DNA from: Octopus sinensis | Taxonomy: Eukaryota | DNA length: 64,000 bases | Assembly: GCF_006345805.1 (NCBI RefSeq) | Contig: NC_043018.1 | Location: 5,766,001-5,830,000 of the forward strand | Reading direction: 5' to 3' | Shown here: piece by piece, positions 11,830 to 23,595 of the stretch | How positions within the stretch are numbered: position 1 is the stretch's first letter | Layout: each line of letters starts with the position of its first letter | The notes under the pieces: model-generated | Database searches by the model: none | The model's input: only the letters and a program-made list of their open reading frames with translations | Told to the model about the DNA's origin: nothing | Translations under genes and position numbers: made by a program

Positions 11830-12503
11830 CATACATACATAACACACACACACACATACATGTATTGTCTTGGGTATGATTTTCCCCTACATCCGCTAGT
11901 GGGGCCCTAGTAAAGGAGTTCCAAGTTTCTGAGGAGTGTGGAACCACCTCATAGCCATTATTGCTCCCATGTTTACTCTGATCCACAGCAGCAGCACCTG
12001 AAAGGGTCCAAGCAATGGCTTAACTATGATGCACTTCTTTCAGTTTCTGTCTATCAAATCCACTCACAAGGCTTTCGTCAGCCCAAAGCTATAAGTAAAA
12101 AAACACTTGCCCAAGGTACCACGCAGTGGGACTGAAACTGGAACCATGTGGTTGGGAAGCAAGCTTCTTATCAGACAGCTACACTTGCACCTGTGCATGT
12201 GTGTGCGTGAATGCGAGTGTGTGTGTATGCATGTGTGTTACTGCCACCTTGTTTTAGACACTGAGTGATATTTGTAAGCAGGTGTCATCGTCATACAAGC
12301 AGAATTCTTGATTTCCAATCTTCTGCGGAAACATGTCCAGTCATGGCAAAATATTGGTTTCAAATTTAGGCATAAGGCCAGCAATTTCAAAGGGAGGGGG
12401 GCTAAGTCAATTACATCAACCCCAGTGCACAACTGGTACTTATTTTATCGACCCTAAAAGGATGAAAGCAAATCCATGGCAAAATATTACCTTATTTGAC
12501 ATA

Positions 12504-12890
12504 GGCGCAGGAGTGGCTGTGTGGTAAGTAGCTTGCTTACCAACCACATGGTTCCGGGTTCAGTCCCACTGCGTGGCATCTTGGGCAAGTGTCTTATACT
12601 ATAACAGCCTCAGGCTGACCAAAGCCTTGTGAGTGGATTTGGTAGACGGAAACTGAAAGAAGCCTGTCGTATATATGTGTGTGTATGTTTGTGTGTCCGT
12701 GTTTGTGCCCCCAACATCGCTTGACAACCGATGCTGGTGTGTTTATGTCCCCGTCACTTAGCGGTTCGGCAATAGAGACCGATAGAATAATTACTTGGCT
12801 AAGTCCCAGGGTCGATTTGTTCGACTAAAGGTGGTGCTCCAGCATGGCCGCAGTCAAATGACTGAAACAAGGAAAAGAGTAAAAGAGTAA
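12504..12890 (+). mobile_element. Full-length tRNA-derived SINE family A (representative)
   Basis: Head GGCGCAGGAGTGGCTGTGTGG (A box) ... GGTTCAGTCCC (B box), central (TA)/(TG) tract, (AAAGAGTA)n tail. Approximate other copies: 2969-3340+, 3950-4342-, 5384-5772-, 5965-6320+, 6337-6742+, 16435-16790+, 27440-27850-, 28625-29255-, 30253-30667-, 31663-32001-, 32650-32935-, 42715-43058-, 43231-43470+, 43505-43670-, 46120-46297-, 52521-53175+, 57920-60065- (split), 61050-61345+, 62585-62980+. Confidence 0.9.
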
Positions 12891-13050
12891 AGGTGAGGGA
12901 CAGTGATAAGAAGGGCATCTGGCTACAGAAAAAGCTGCCTCAATAAAATTCTATCCAACCCATGAGAGCACAGAAAAGTGGATATTAGAATGAGGATGAT
13001 GATGACATTTTGAGGGTGAAAGGTGCAAGTAAATAGATAAAACAACAAAC

Positions 13051-13238
13051 TTGTCATGTTAAAGAGATCCATTTTGCCGCCATCCAAACCACCATTTTCG
13101 GTACTGTTATTGTTGGCAAAATCAATGTTTTCTGTCACATCTGAAGTTTCTCTGAAGATAAGGAAATCAGCAGAGGTGCCACCAACTCTTAAATATGCAG
13201 GTGAAAGTCCTCTGGCGAGAGTAAGCAATTTCTTCGAG
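13051..13238 (-). CDS. HPSE: Heparanase coding exon 2
   Basis: ttttcag|C TCG AAG...; [28 protein letters not shown] is the hallmark [15 protein letters not shown] motif. Ends ATG ACA A|gtttgt (phase 1); 188 bp. Confidence 0.92.
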
Positions 13239-13331
13239 CTGAAAAGAAGATGGAAAGAAAAAGTAACTTTTTATGAATGTATAGGTATATATGCATAAAT
13301 ATATGTATATTTATGTGCGTGTGAGTGTTTG

Positions 13332-13383
<52 letters not shown>

Positions 13384-13386
<3 letters not shown>

Positions 13387-15896
13387 TATCTAGCCAGAGG
13401 GGAAGCAGATAAGAAAAAATTTGCCAATGTTCTGCGCCGTGAGGACCAAAGACTGGAGGTGTTTCGCGTTGCAAGACAGTGTGTGAGAGAGAATTGTGAT
13501 GTGGTGGGAGAGAAGTGTGTTCGCATGGAAGATGGTTCACTTGCGCTAAACGAGAATGCAAAGAGAGAGGCTTGGAAACGCCACTATGAAAGGTTGCTGA
13601 ATAAAGAAAATGAATGGGATAAAGAGAGTCTGCCGAACGTTGACCCAACAGAGGGACCAGCAATCAGGGTTGATAGTTCCTTAGTAGCTAAGGCAATTAG
13701 AAGCATGAAGACAGGGAAAGCCCCAGGCCCATCAGGCATCACTGCAGAGATGCTCAAAATATCTGGTAGTGTTGGCTATAGCCTAGTCACCTGTATAGTT
13801 AATCAGGTGATACATGAAGGAGTCATACCCAATGACTGGTGTAGCAGCATAATAGTCAACTGCTACAAAGGTAAAGGTGATGCCCTAGATACAAATAATT
13901 ACAGAGGTATCAAGCTGTTGGATCAGGTGATGAAGGTTACAGAGAGGGTCATAAGCCAACTAATTAGAGAGAGAGTTAGTTTAGATGAGATGCAGTTTGG
14001 TTTCGTGCCACTGATGCTATATTCCTGGTAAGGCAGCTGCAGGAGAAATACCTAGCCAAAGATAAGCCCCTGTACCTGGCTTTTGTTGACATGGAGAAAG
14101 CCTTCGACAGGGTCCCCCGATCCCTTATCTGGTGGTCAATGAGGAAACTAGGAATAGATGAATGGTTAGTGAGAGCTGTGCAAGCCATGTACAGGGACGC
14201 TGCTAGTAAGGTGAGGGTTGGCAATGAGTACAGTGAAGAATTCCGGGTAGAGGTAGGGGTCCACCAAGGCTCAGTCCTCAGCCCCCTCCTATTTATCATA
14301 GTCCTCCAGGCAATAACGGAGGAATTCAAGACAGGATGCCCCTGGGAGCTCCTCTATGCTGATGACCTTGCTCTAATTGCTGAGTCATTATCAGAACTGG
14401 AGAAGAAGTTTCAGGTGTGGAAGCATGGTTTAGAATCGAAGGGCCTTAGAGTCAACCTAGCTAAAACCAAAGTCCTAATAAGTAGGAAGGTAGACAAATC
14501 ACAAACGCCTTCAGGTAGATGGCCCTGCTCGATCTGTAGAAAAGGTGTAGGTAGAAACTCTATAAGATGCACCAAGTGTAAGCTATGGACACATAAGAGG
14601 TGCAGCAATGTCATAGGAAGGCTAACTAGGAAGATGGTTTTTGTATGTGGCAGATGCTCGGGAGCATTAACCTCTGAAAATCTGCAGAAAACAACTTCCG
14701 TCACTTTCCAGGGGGAAAAACTAGAAGTAGTTGATAGCTTCCGTTATCTTGGTGACCAAGTCAGTAGTGGGGGTGGGTGTGCTGAAAGTGTAACAGCTAG
14801 AGTAAGAATAGCCTGGGCAAAGTTTAGGGAGCTCTTACCTCTGTTGGTGACTAAAGGCCTCTCGCTCAGAGTAAAAGGCAGACTGTATGATGCATGTGTA
14901 CGAACAGCCATGCTACATGGCAGTGAAACATGGGCCGTGACTGCTGAGGACATGCATAAGCTCGCGAGAAATGAAGCTAGTATGCTCCGTTGGATGTGTA
15001 ATGTCAGTGTTCATAGTCGACAGAGTGTAAGTACCTTGAGAGAAAAGTTGGACCTAAGAGGAATCAGATGTGTGCAAGAGAGACGATTGCGCTGGTATGG
15101 TCATGTGGTGAGAATGGATGAAGATAGGTGTGTGAAAAAGTGCCACACCCTGGCAGTTGAGGGGACCTGTGGAAGAGGTAGACCCAGGAAAACCTGGGTC
15201 GAGGTGGTGAAGCACGACCTTCGAACTCTAGGTCTCACCAAGGAAATGACCAGAGACCGAGACCTATGGAAGTATGCTGTACGTGAGAAGACCCGGCAAA
15301 ACCAGTGAGAACAATCAAAATCAAATCATATATCAGAAAGCAGGGGTTAAGTGACCCATCCGTTCGTGTCCGCTGTCAGCCTCGTCTGGCACCCGTGCCA
15401 GTGATACGTAAAAGCACCATTCGCTCGTGGCCGTTTGCCAGCTCTGCCTGGCCCCGTGTCGGTGGCACGTAAAAGCACCATCCGTTCGTGTTCGTTGCCA
15501 GCCTCGCCTGGCCCCGTGCCGGTGACACGTAAAAGCACCGTCCGTTCGTGGCCGTTTGCCAGCTTTGTCTGGCCCCGTGTCGGTGGCACGTAAAAGCACC
15601 ATCCGTTTGTGGCCGTTTGCCAGCTCTGTCTGGCCCCGTGTCGGTGACACGTAAAAGCACCATCCGTTCGTGGCCGTTCGCCAGCTCTGTCTGGCACCTG
15701 TGCAGGTGGCACGTAAAAAACACCCACTACACTCGCGGAGTGGTCGGCATTAGGAAGGGCATCCAGCCGTAGAAACACTGCCAGATCTGACTGGGCCTGA
15801 CGAAGCCTTCCAGCTTCACAGACCCCAGTTGACCCGTCCAACCCATGCTAGCATGGAAAGCGGACGCTAAACGATGATGATGATGATGATGATGAT
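13384..15896 (+). mobile_element. RTE-clade LINE, 5'-truncated, one frameshift, in heparanase intron 1 (antisense)
   Basis: RT motifs KAPGPSG, YKGKGD...NYRGIKLL, FVDMEKAFDRVP, GVHQGSVLSPLLF, YADD (14355-14366). Frameshifting deletion near 14010; C4HC3 finger 14526-14657; stop 15308; ~61-bp minisatellite 3' UTR; (GAT)n tail. Confidence 0.95.
15357..15720 (+). repeat. ~61-bp minisatellite (about 6 units) in RTE 3' UTR
   Basis: aaaagcacc recurs at about 15410, 15471, 15531, 15592, 15653. Confidence 0.9.
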
Positions 15897-15973
15897 ATAT
15901 ATATATATATACATATATTTCGTTTCAGCACACGATCTCAGATCAAATCACTTGCTATGCAAATACATCTCCG

Positions 15974-16008
<35 letters not shown>

Positions 16009-16889
16009 TGGAAACAACGGATGCAGATAATAGAGTATCTTGGAAACTTTATCACAACAATTGTTTCAACACATCCTGCATTGCTCCCTCGTGGGTAGGA
16101 AACTATATAATGAATTACAGTGCATCTCACCTCTTCAGGTGATGCAACCCAGTTTCTTGTTACATAAGTAATGTTTATATGTGTGCATGCACATGTGTGT
16201 GTGTCTATTATTGTGCTTCTTCCCTACCACTGCTTGATAACCAATGTTGGTTTGTTTACTTACCAATAACTTAGCAGTTCAGCAAAAGAGACTGACAGAA
16301 TAAGTATCAGATTCAAAAATAGTGAGTACTGGGGTCGATTTTATTCAACTGAAACACTTCGAGGCAGTTCCCCCAGGTTGGCTGCAGTCCAATCACTAAA
16401 ACAATATGTGTGTGTCTTTAGATATATACATGTAGGCACAGGCATGGCTGTGTGTGGTAAGAAACTTGCTCCCCAACCACATGGTTCTGGGTTCAGTCCC
16501 ACTGTGTGGCACCTTGGGCAAGTGTTTCTACAACAGCCACAGGCCAACCAAAAGCCTTATGAGTGAATTTGGCAGATGAAAACTGAAGCCTGTAGCATGT
16601 ATGCATGTGTGTGTGTGTGTATGTCTGCATTTTTTCCCCACCACCATTACTTAGTGGCTTGCCTGAAGAGACTAGAATAAGTACCACATGCTTGAAAAAA
16701 ATACTGGGGTTGATTTGTTGAACTAAAAACTCTTCAAAGCATTGCCCTAGCATGGCCACAGTCTAATGACTGAAACAAGATAAAAGGTAAAAGATACATA
16801 TACATACATGTGTGTGTGTGTATGTGTATGTGCATGCATGCATGCATACATACATACATACATACATACATACATACACACACACATAC

Positions 16890-17232
16890 ATTGCTGCTGA
16901 GGCCCCCTTTGGTCATGACTGACCATGGGATTGCACCTAGAAAGTTACCCTCCCAGGCACAAGTCTGGGCAAGGTTGTTTATGAAAGACCGGCAGTCGCC
17001 CATGCATACCAGCTTCCCCTCTCCACACCACTGATGTTATCAAAGGGAAAGGCAAAGGCTGATACAGCTTGGCACCAGTGACATCGCAACTCATTTCTGC
17101 AGCTGAGTGAACTGGAGCAATGTGAAATAAAGTGTCTTGCTCAAGAAAACAACATGCAGCCCGGTCCGGGATTCGAACTCACAACCTCACAATTGTAAGC
17201 TCAACGCTCTAACCACTGATCCATGAGCCTTC
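16890..17232 (-). mobile_element. tRNA-derived SINE family D (fragments also ~47170-47280, 47415-47535)
   Basis: Head ggctcatggatcagtggttagagcg ... gagttcgaatcccgg (A and B boxes). Confidence 0.8.
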
Positions 17233-17987
17233 ACATACATAGATGCATGCATGCATGCATGCATACATACATACATGCATGCATGCATGCATGTATGTAC
17301 AAGCATGATTACACATGAGAATTTCAGTATTTGCTACTTTAGTCCCATACAAGCCAAGGCCTTCTGAGTAGATTTGGTAAGCAGAAACTAACTGAAAGAA
17401 ATGCCACGTATGTGTGTGTGTTCCATGTCTGGGTTGTTTGTTATTCGTTAGACTGGGAGATTATAAAGAGGCTAGGATTGGTGACAAGAATTGCATCCGG
17501 GTGAAGAAACTCTACTCCAACTTATTTCCTTTCACATCCTCTGGACCTGACCTGCCCATCCACCCTATTCAACCCTTTGCACCACTTTATGTGCACCTCC
17601 TTGTAACTCAGGAGAACCACCTGACAAATCTTTTTCACCATCTTCTCTGTCTCTCCTCTTTCTTTTTCCAACTGGGGTAGCCATGTCTCTCTTCTACAGC
17701 AAGACAGACCATCTATCCACCTATCTATCATGCTACAACCTGACACATAGCCACCACCTTTAATATGACACCTCCCACTGATGGTCCTACCAGTGCTACT
17801 AAGGAAGCCATGAACAGTCATGGCAAAAAGTTTGGAACTAAAGTCTGAAAGCTAGAGTTTTTATATTAAATACCCAAAGTTATATTCAATTTGCAATATA
17901 TTATTACTTGGCCAAAAGTTTAGAACATAGGTCTGAAAGTTAGAATTGAAGAAATGGATCTGTTGTTAGGTAAATATACCTCTACAT

Positions 17988-18190
17988 CAGTGGTTCCCAA
18001 ACTATGAGTCACGACCCACAGATGCAAACAGTCGCAAACGGAATCTTAGTGGATCGCAAAAAGTTATAAAATTACGCATTAGCTTTGATTAACTGCTGTC
18101 TATCGAGATAGTTCAAGACTTATAAGTGGATTGTCATAAACTGGTGTGATAAATAGTGGGTTGTGACTCTAAAAAGTTTGGGAACCACTG
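17988..18190. mobile_element. hAT (Charlie-like) MITE
   Basis: TIR CAGTGGTTCCCAAACT / AGTTTGGGAACCACTG; 8-bp TSD ctctacat/ctctacgt. Confidence 0.88.
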
Positions 18191-18619
18191 CTCTACGTTG
18201 TATATATTTGAATAGAATTGTACTTGGGAATAACAATTTTAATGTTTTAAAGAAATTCTTCAAACTTTTGGCTATGGCTGTACTCACCTCTTTAACAAGA
18301 CCCCCTGTTCCTTTATCGTACTTTCATATCCCTCAATGCTACACCCCACTCTGTTGAGGGATAGGGATCTTGTTTTGCAAGTACCTGGTGACCTCACCAG
18401 TGTGGTTGCCACGGAAAAGAATGTCCAATACACTTTGTAAAGTGGTTGGCATTAAGAAAGACATGAGGCTAGAGCAAATGTTTCTACAGCTGGATGTCCT
18501 TCCTGATGTCAACCACTTAAAAGAGAGTACTGGGTGCGTTTACACAGCACCGACTCGAGTGCTTTTTGCATGGCACCGGCACCTGTAAAGGAAATACCTG
18601 TATGTATGAACGACAGTGA

Positions 18620-18830
18620 TTTTACTTAGCTTAACACGTCTTATCAAGTGCAGCTAATCGCCACAACTCCTGGGTCCTTGTTATTTTCCTCAGTGAGGCC
18701 CAGAATCTACAGATCCTTTCTCACCACATCATCCCACTTCTTTCTGGGTACGTTTGAACAAATTTCCTCCACAGTTACAGATTAGCACTTTTTTACGCAG
18801 CTGCCCTCATCCATACGCATCACGTGGTAT
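18620..18830 (-). mobile_element. Degenerate RTE ORF2 C-terminal fragment
   Basis: Reverse translation RMDEGSCVKKC...PRKKWDDVVRKDL.ILGLTEE is similar to 15110-15250. Confidence 0.65.
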
Positions 18831-18837
18831 GTAATAT

Positions 18838-19141
18838 CACTGTGATCACCGTGATCGACCAGGCTATCAGATGTTGCTACACATCGCTGGTCACAATGCG
18901 CTTTGCATTGTTTTAGCCTTCAAATGACGCCACCCCACTGGCTAAGCGAGCAGAAGAAAGAGTGAGAGAAAGTTGTGGCGAAAGAGTACAGCAGGGTTCG
19001 CCACCACCACCCTGCCGGAGCCTCGTGGAGCTTTAGGTGTTTTCGCTCAATAAACACTCACAACGCCCGGTCTGGGAATCGAAACCGCGATCCTACGACC
19101 ACGAGTTCGCTGCCCTAACCACTGCTCCATTGCGCCTCCAC
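18838..19141 (-). mobile_element. tRNA-derived SINE family C (also 2713-2968 +)
   Basis: tRNA-like head ggaggcgcaatgg...ggtttcgattcccagaccggg; 12-bp TSD GGTATGTAATAT at 18826-18837 and 19142-19153. Confidence 0.88.
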
Positions 19142-19593
19142 GGTATGTAATATATACATCATAATCGTGTAAACGCACCCAGTACTCTCTGTTAAGTGGT
19201 TGACATCAGGAAGGGCATCCAGCTGTAGAAACCACGCAACAACAAACAATTGGAATCTGGACAACTCCCAGCTGGCCAGCTCCGGTCAAACCGGCCAACT
19301 GATGCCAGCATGGAAAACAGATGTGATCGACTCACATCATGAAAAATACAGTGTTTTAAGTTTATATCTTACCAACATTTTCTTTGCTGTTCATCCTTCT
19401 ATAATTGATTCGGCCTCATGCAATTTAAAGTTTCGTGGGGCCAGTCACAGGAACTTCACTCGTCAGGGTAAGTTTCAGAGACTAGCCTACAAAACTTAAA
19501 GTTGCATGGAGCCAAATTAAAGTTCTAAATAATAATATAACTTCTACCAAAGGTGTTAAGCGCACCTTTCTTTTGTTTGTCCACTCACTCGTA

Positions 19594-19624
<31 letters not shown>

Positions 19625-19924
19625 GATCGTTCGTAGAAATACACAAATCCGGAGCAGCACGCAAAACTCTATTTTACACACACGTCTTGTATTGCACCAC
19701 CAGCAGAAACTTGGTAGTAACAAAAGAATGAGTCGACCAAAATAAGAATATTTTTTCGTGTATGTATGCGAAACCATTGGTCACACGACAGAGTGTGTAT
19801 ATAAATATAATTCGATCAGAGGTTATGTTAGCCTCATGACGGGATGGTGTCATCCAAGGAAATACCGGTTCAATACCTAATATTTTGGGGGGATCGATTT
19901 CTTTAAAATAATAGGTATATATTC

Positions 19925-19972
<48 letters not shown>

Positions 19973-20077
19973 ATAATAACAAAGGGTAAAATTAATTAAT
20001 TAAGAAGTAATCAATAATTTCACCAAGTAAAATTCGGCATGAAAAAAGGACCATTTCACGGTAAACCTAAGTAATAC

Positions 20078-20696
20078 TTTGCTTTACCACATACAGAAGT
20101 TTAGAAATAGCAGCCAAAACCTTAGCTATTTCTAAACTTCGGTATGTGGTAAAGCAAATCTTTGCTGAACCCTAATTATTAAGTATTATATATATATATA
20201 AACCATGTAGTTTGTATTCATATATAGGAAGAAGAAAAATGGAAATAGTGAAGTTAATAAATGTTTATACAACTGTATGGGATGAGTAATTTGTTTTGAT
20301 AAACATTTATTAACTTCGCTATCTACATTTTCTTTTTCTTCCCTTATATATATATATATAATATTAGGGAATATAATTACAAACTTACAGGGGAAATTCA
20401 ATTTAGTAATACTAAATCAAATTTCATAATTGTTGTATTTAGGAATGATCATTTTGCCAGTTTAGCCAATATATGTATATTAATTAGAGAAGAACCGCCT
20501 TTTATCAATTCAACAATGAAATAACAATGATATAATTAAATTAAACCATATAGAAAAAATAATAGATATACCAATACTTTATTTAATTATTGGTATATGT
20601 TTTTATTGTGTATCTAATTTTTTTGTATATGGTATAATTTAATTATATCATTGTTATTCCATTGTTGAATTGATAAAAGGTGGTTCTTCTCTAATT
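20078..20696. repeat. Cluster of three palindromes (20078-20158, 20227-20342, 20482-20696)
   Basis: Arms of about 34, 42 and 90 bp verified by reverse complementing. Confidence 0.85.
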
Positions 20697-20849
20697 ATAT
20701 ATATATATGACTATATAAATTCAGATAAACAAAAGCAGGAGTGGTGAACGTATTCATGCATTCACATAGAAAATTGTGTATGTAAATAAGTGTATTTTGT
20801 TAAACTTATCTAAACAAACATAGAGAAGCATAAATATTTATATATTTAC

Positions 20850-21070
20850 CTGGTATCGAAATGGGCCCATTTGTCTCTCAGAAGACCAGAATCCAATGTT
20901 ACTGACAGGAATCGGTCATTAAGGGTATGGAGAGGATAATCGAGTTTCAATTTAAGGGTAAACGTGTGATAGGTTCTGTAAGGCACATGTTGCTCATCCT
21001 GGGAGTGGATCGCAGACGTGAGAAATGCTAAAGCAACACCAAAACGAAGGATGTCCGGCATAAAAGACAT
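20850..21070 (-). CDS. HPSE: Heparanase (GH79) coding exon 1: signal peptide + N-terminal segment
   Basis: MSFMPDILRFGVALAFLTSAIHSQ (hydrophobic signal-like) ... DRFLSVTLDSGLL matches the heparanase FLSVT(I/L)D motif. Ends ACC AG|gtaaat (phase 2), which joins exon 2 in frame. Confidence 0.9.
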
Positions 21071-21269
21071 CTCATTCCAAGACCGATTCTATCCAAGATA
21101 TAACCGTGTTGTAACCTGTTGTAGTATATTATTCTACGTAGTGAATAATAAAAGACACCACCTGTGTCTTGTCGTCTAATGTCAACCTGTGTCTATCTAG
21201 AGATGTTTCTTTGGAAAACGTCCCAAAACAATCTGAAATAATATCGGAAGTAGTTACATTACTCTTTCT

Positions 21270-22700
21270 CTCTCTCTCTCATCTCACATTCGCTGACACA
21301 GTTCTCTCCCACTCTCACTCTATCTATCTTCCTGTCTAATCTCTCTCATACTCTCACTCTTTCCACTGTCTGCCCATCTAACCTCCCTCTCCCATTCTCT
21401 CTGCCTGCCTGTCGAATCTCCCTCTCCCAGTCTCACTCTATCTGTCTTCCTGTCTAATCTCTTTCCTACTCTCACTCTTTCCACTGTCTGCCCATCTAAC
21501 CTCCCTCTCCCGTTTTCTCTGCCTGCCTGTCGAATCTCCCTCTCCCACTCTCACTCAGTCTCTTTGCCTGCCTATCTAACCCCACTCTCTCTCGTACTCT
21601 CATTCTATGTCTGCCTATCTAATCTCTCTTACGCTCTGTTTAATCTTTTCTCTCACTCTCTCTCTCTCTCTTGTTACCTGTCTGCCTATCTAATCTCTCT
21701 CCTCTCTCTATCAATCCAATAACTCTCTTTCCCTGTTAACTCTTTCTCTCTTTTTTTCTCTGTCTCGATCTTTACTTCTCTTTCTCTCTAACCATCTCTC
21801 TCACTCTGTTTATCTGTCTGCCTGTCTAATTTCTCTCATTCTCATCTTCGCTCTTTCTATCTCTCCCTTTTCTCTGCTGCAACCCTTATTTTCTCTTTCA
21901 ATCTAATCAGCTCTCTTGTCGTCTGTCAACCCGTCTAATCTCTTCTCCTCTCTCTATCTGTTTGCCCGTCTAATTTTCTCTCTTTCTATTCCTCTGACGC
22001 TGTCCCTTCTTCTCTCACCCTTTCTTTGTAATTATCTCTATCTCCATTCTCTGTATCTGTCTAATGACATTCCCCTCTCTGTGTAATTCTCACTTCCTCC
22101 CCCCGTTGCTATCCTATTTCCTTATTGCCCACAGGAGGCTAAACATAGAGGGGACAAACATTGGTATTAAGTCGATTACATCGACCCCAGTGCGTAATTG
22201 GTACTTAATTTATCGACCCCGAAAGGATGAAAGGCAAAGTCGACCTCGGCGGAATTTGAACTCAGCACGTAACGGCAGACGAAATACCGCTAAGCATTTC
22301 GCCCGGCGTGCTAACCTTTCTGCCAGCTCCCTCCCGCCTTAATTGCTATCCTGACTTACTTCTCTCCATCTCCATCTGCTTGTGTAATCTCTCCCTCTCT
22401 TTATCCTTTTGTTTTCTTTCCCTGTCTATATCTTCTCTGTTTCATTGTCCTTTGTCTATTTAATAAAATCCGTCATCTCTATTAATCTCTTGTCTGTTGA
22501 TCTAACCAGAGTTCAGTATGTGCTTGTCTAATCTCCCTCTCCACATCCTTCTCTTTCACCCTGTCCATTGACCTAACCAATCCTCTATGTCCTATCCTTC
22601 TCTGTCTCACTTATGGTTTCTCTCTGCCTTCTCTTTCTAGCTGTTTATTCGTGTGTCCGTTATTCTCTTTTGTTCTTTTTCTTTCTCTGAATTAATCTTT
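21270..22700 (+). repeat. Polypyrimidine (CT-rich) low-complexity tract with ~118-bp degenerate repeat, interrupted by SINE B
   Basis: ctctcactctatct...gaatctccctctccc repeated at ~21314 and ~21432; lies directly upstream of the heparanase ATG. Confidence 0.8.
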
Positions 22701-22702
22701 CG

Positions 22703-22949
22703 TGATCTTTTCCTTTTGAACGGCAGTTGTTTGTTTTAAACGCAGCAAATGATTTTAGCTCAACAGAGGCGATCGATTGGTTAAAATTCGAAAAATTAAA
22801 CTACGTTAAATTTACAAATTACAATTTTCTCAAGAAAGCTAAGAGAAAAAAATGTTTTATTTTGACACATTCTACCAGTTTACGAAGTTTAAAAGTGTTT
22901 AGTTAACTAGAAATTGTGTTGAAAACTGCCGTTCAAAAAGAAAAGATCC
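22703..22949. mobile_element. GGATCTTTTCGG-TIR MITE family, short copy
   Basis: About 29-bp TIRs; 8-bp TSD atctttcg/atctttca. Confidence 0.75.
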
Positions 22950-23595
22950 ATCTTTCATCACTCCCGTTCAGTCTTCATTTTCTCTCAGTCAACTCCTTCA
23001 CTCTGGTGATCTCTTCTTTCCCAGCCTTTCTCTTTAGTTCTCAGTTTGTCATATACTGCCTCAGTTACATATTTACGATGACTGTCCACTCGTGACCGAG
23101 AAAAAAAAACATTAACCACTAAAAACATTGTAAACTGAGACAAAATTAGATTTAACACTTGTGGCTCCGTTGGTGACGATTGTCCCAGTTCTTGATAAAC
23201 AACATACATTCGCAGATGAAACTTCTCCCATTCTCTACACTGGTGGAGCGTTTCCGAAGAACTCTTTTAAGTTCAGCAAGCAAAATGCATGTTTCTTCAA
23301 AAATATTAACTTTTCTTTACTCTTTTCCACGGTTGGGGGTGATGACAAGCATTGCTTTCCAAATTGACTTTCCACAACTCTTTTTCTAGCCTCAGTTGTT
23401 ATCTCACGTTAAAACAAAATAAGTTAAAGCGGGGAAACATCGTTTACAATTTTTATTAGACCGTCCGAAGTTGGAAAGATTGGCGAAAGTAAAGAATACG
23501 TAGACCCGGTGTTTAGGGTTTTCGTTACGCCGAAAACGGGTGGTGTACGTATTCTTTACCTCCGCCGAAGAATTGATACTGTTAATATCAAGTTT

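Noticed and set aside
9095-11986. ORFs full of YIYIYI / IIIII / THTH runs (e.g. 9095, 10748, 10851, 11592-11986; also 19674, 28997, 42894, 62586)
   Set aside because: Translations of (TA)n, (AAT)n and (CA)n microsatellites and SINE bodies; no coding signal.
12504-12580. tRNA-like sequences with A and B boxes (many sites)
   Set aside because: They are SINE heads continuing into repeat bodies; no complete cloverleaf could be supported.
15357-15720. Regularly spaced repeats resembling a CRISPR array (also 10150-10925)
   Set aside because: Units are head-to-tail with no unique spacers, sit within eukaryotic retroposons, and no cas genes are present.
16075-16160. GAAAC...CTGAAGA on the minus strand as a possible hammerhead (similar weak hits at ~37380 and ~46020)
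   Set aside because: The required stems cannot be formed in a valid topology.
22985-23389. Coding-like ORFs upstream of heparanase as an extra exon or gene
   Set aside because: No recognisable motif, stops in the extended frames, and flanked by MITEs; more likely decayed transposon sequence.
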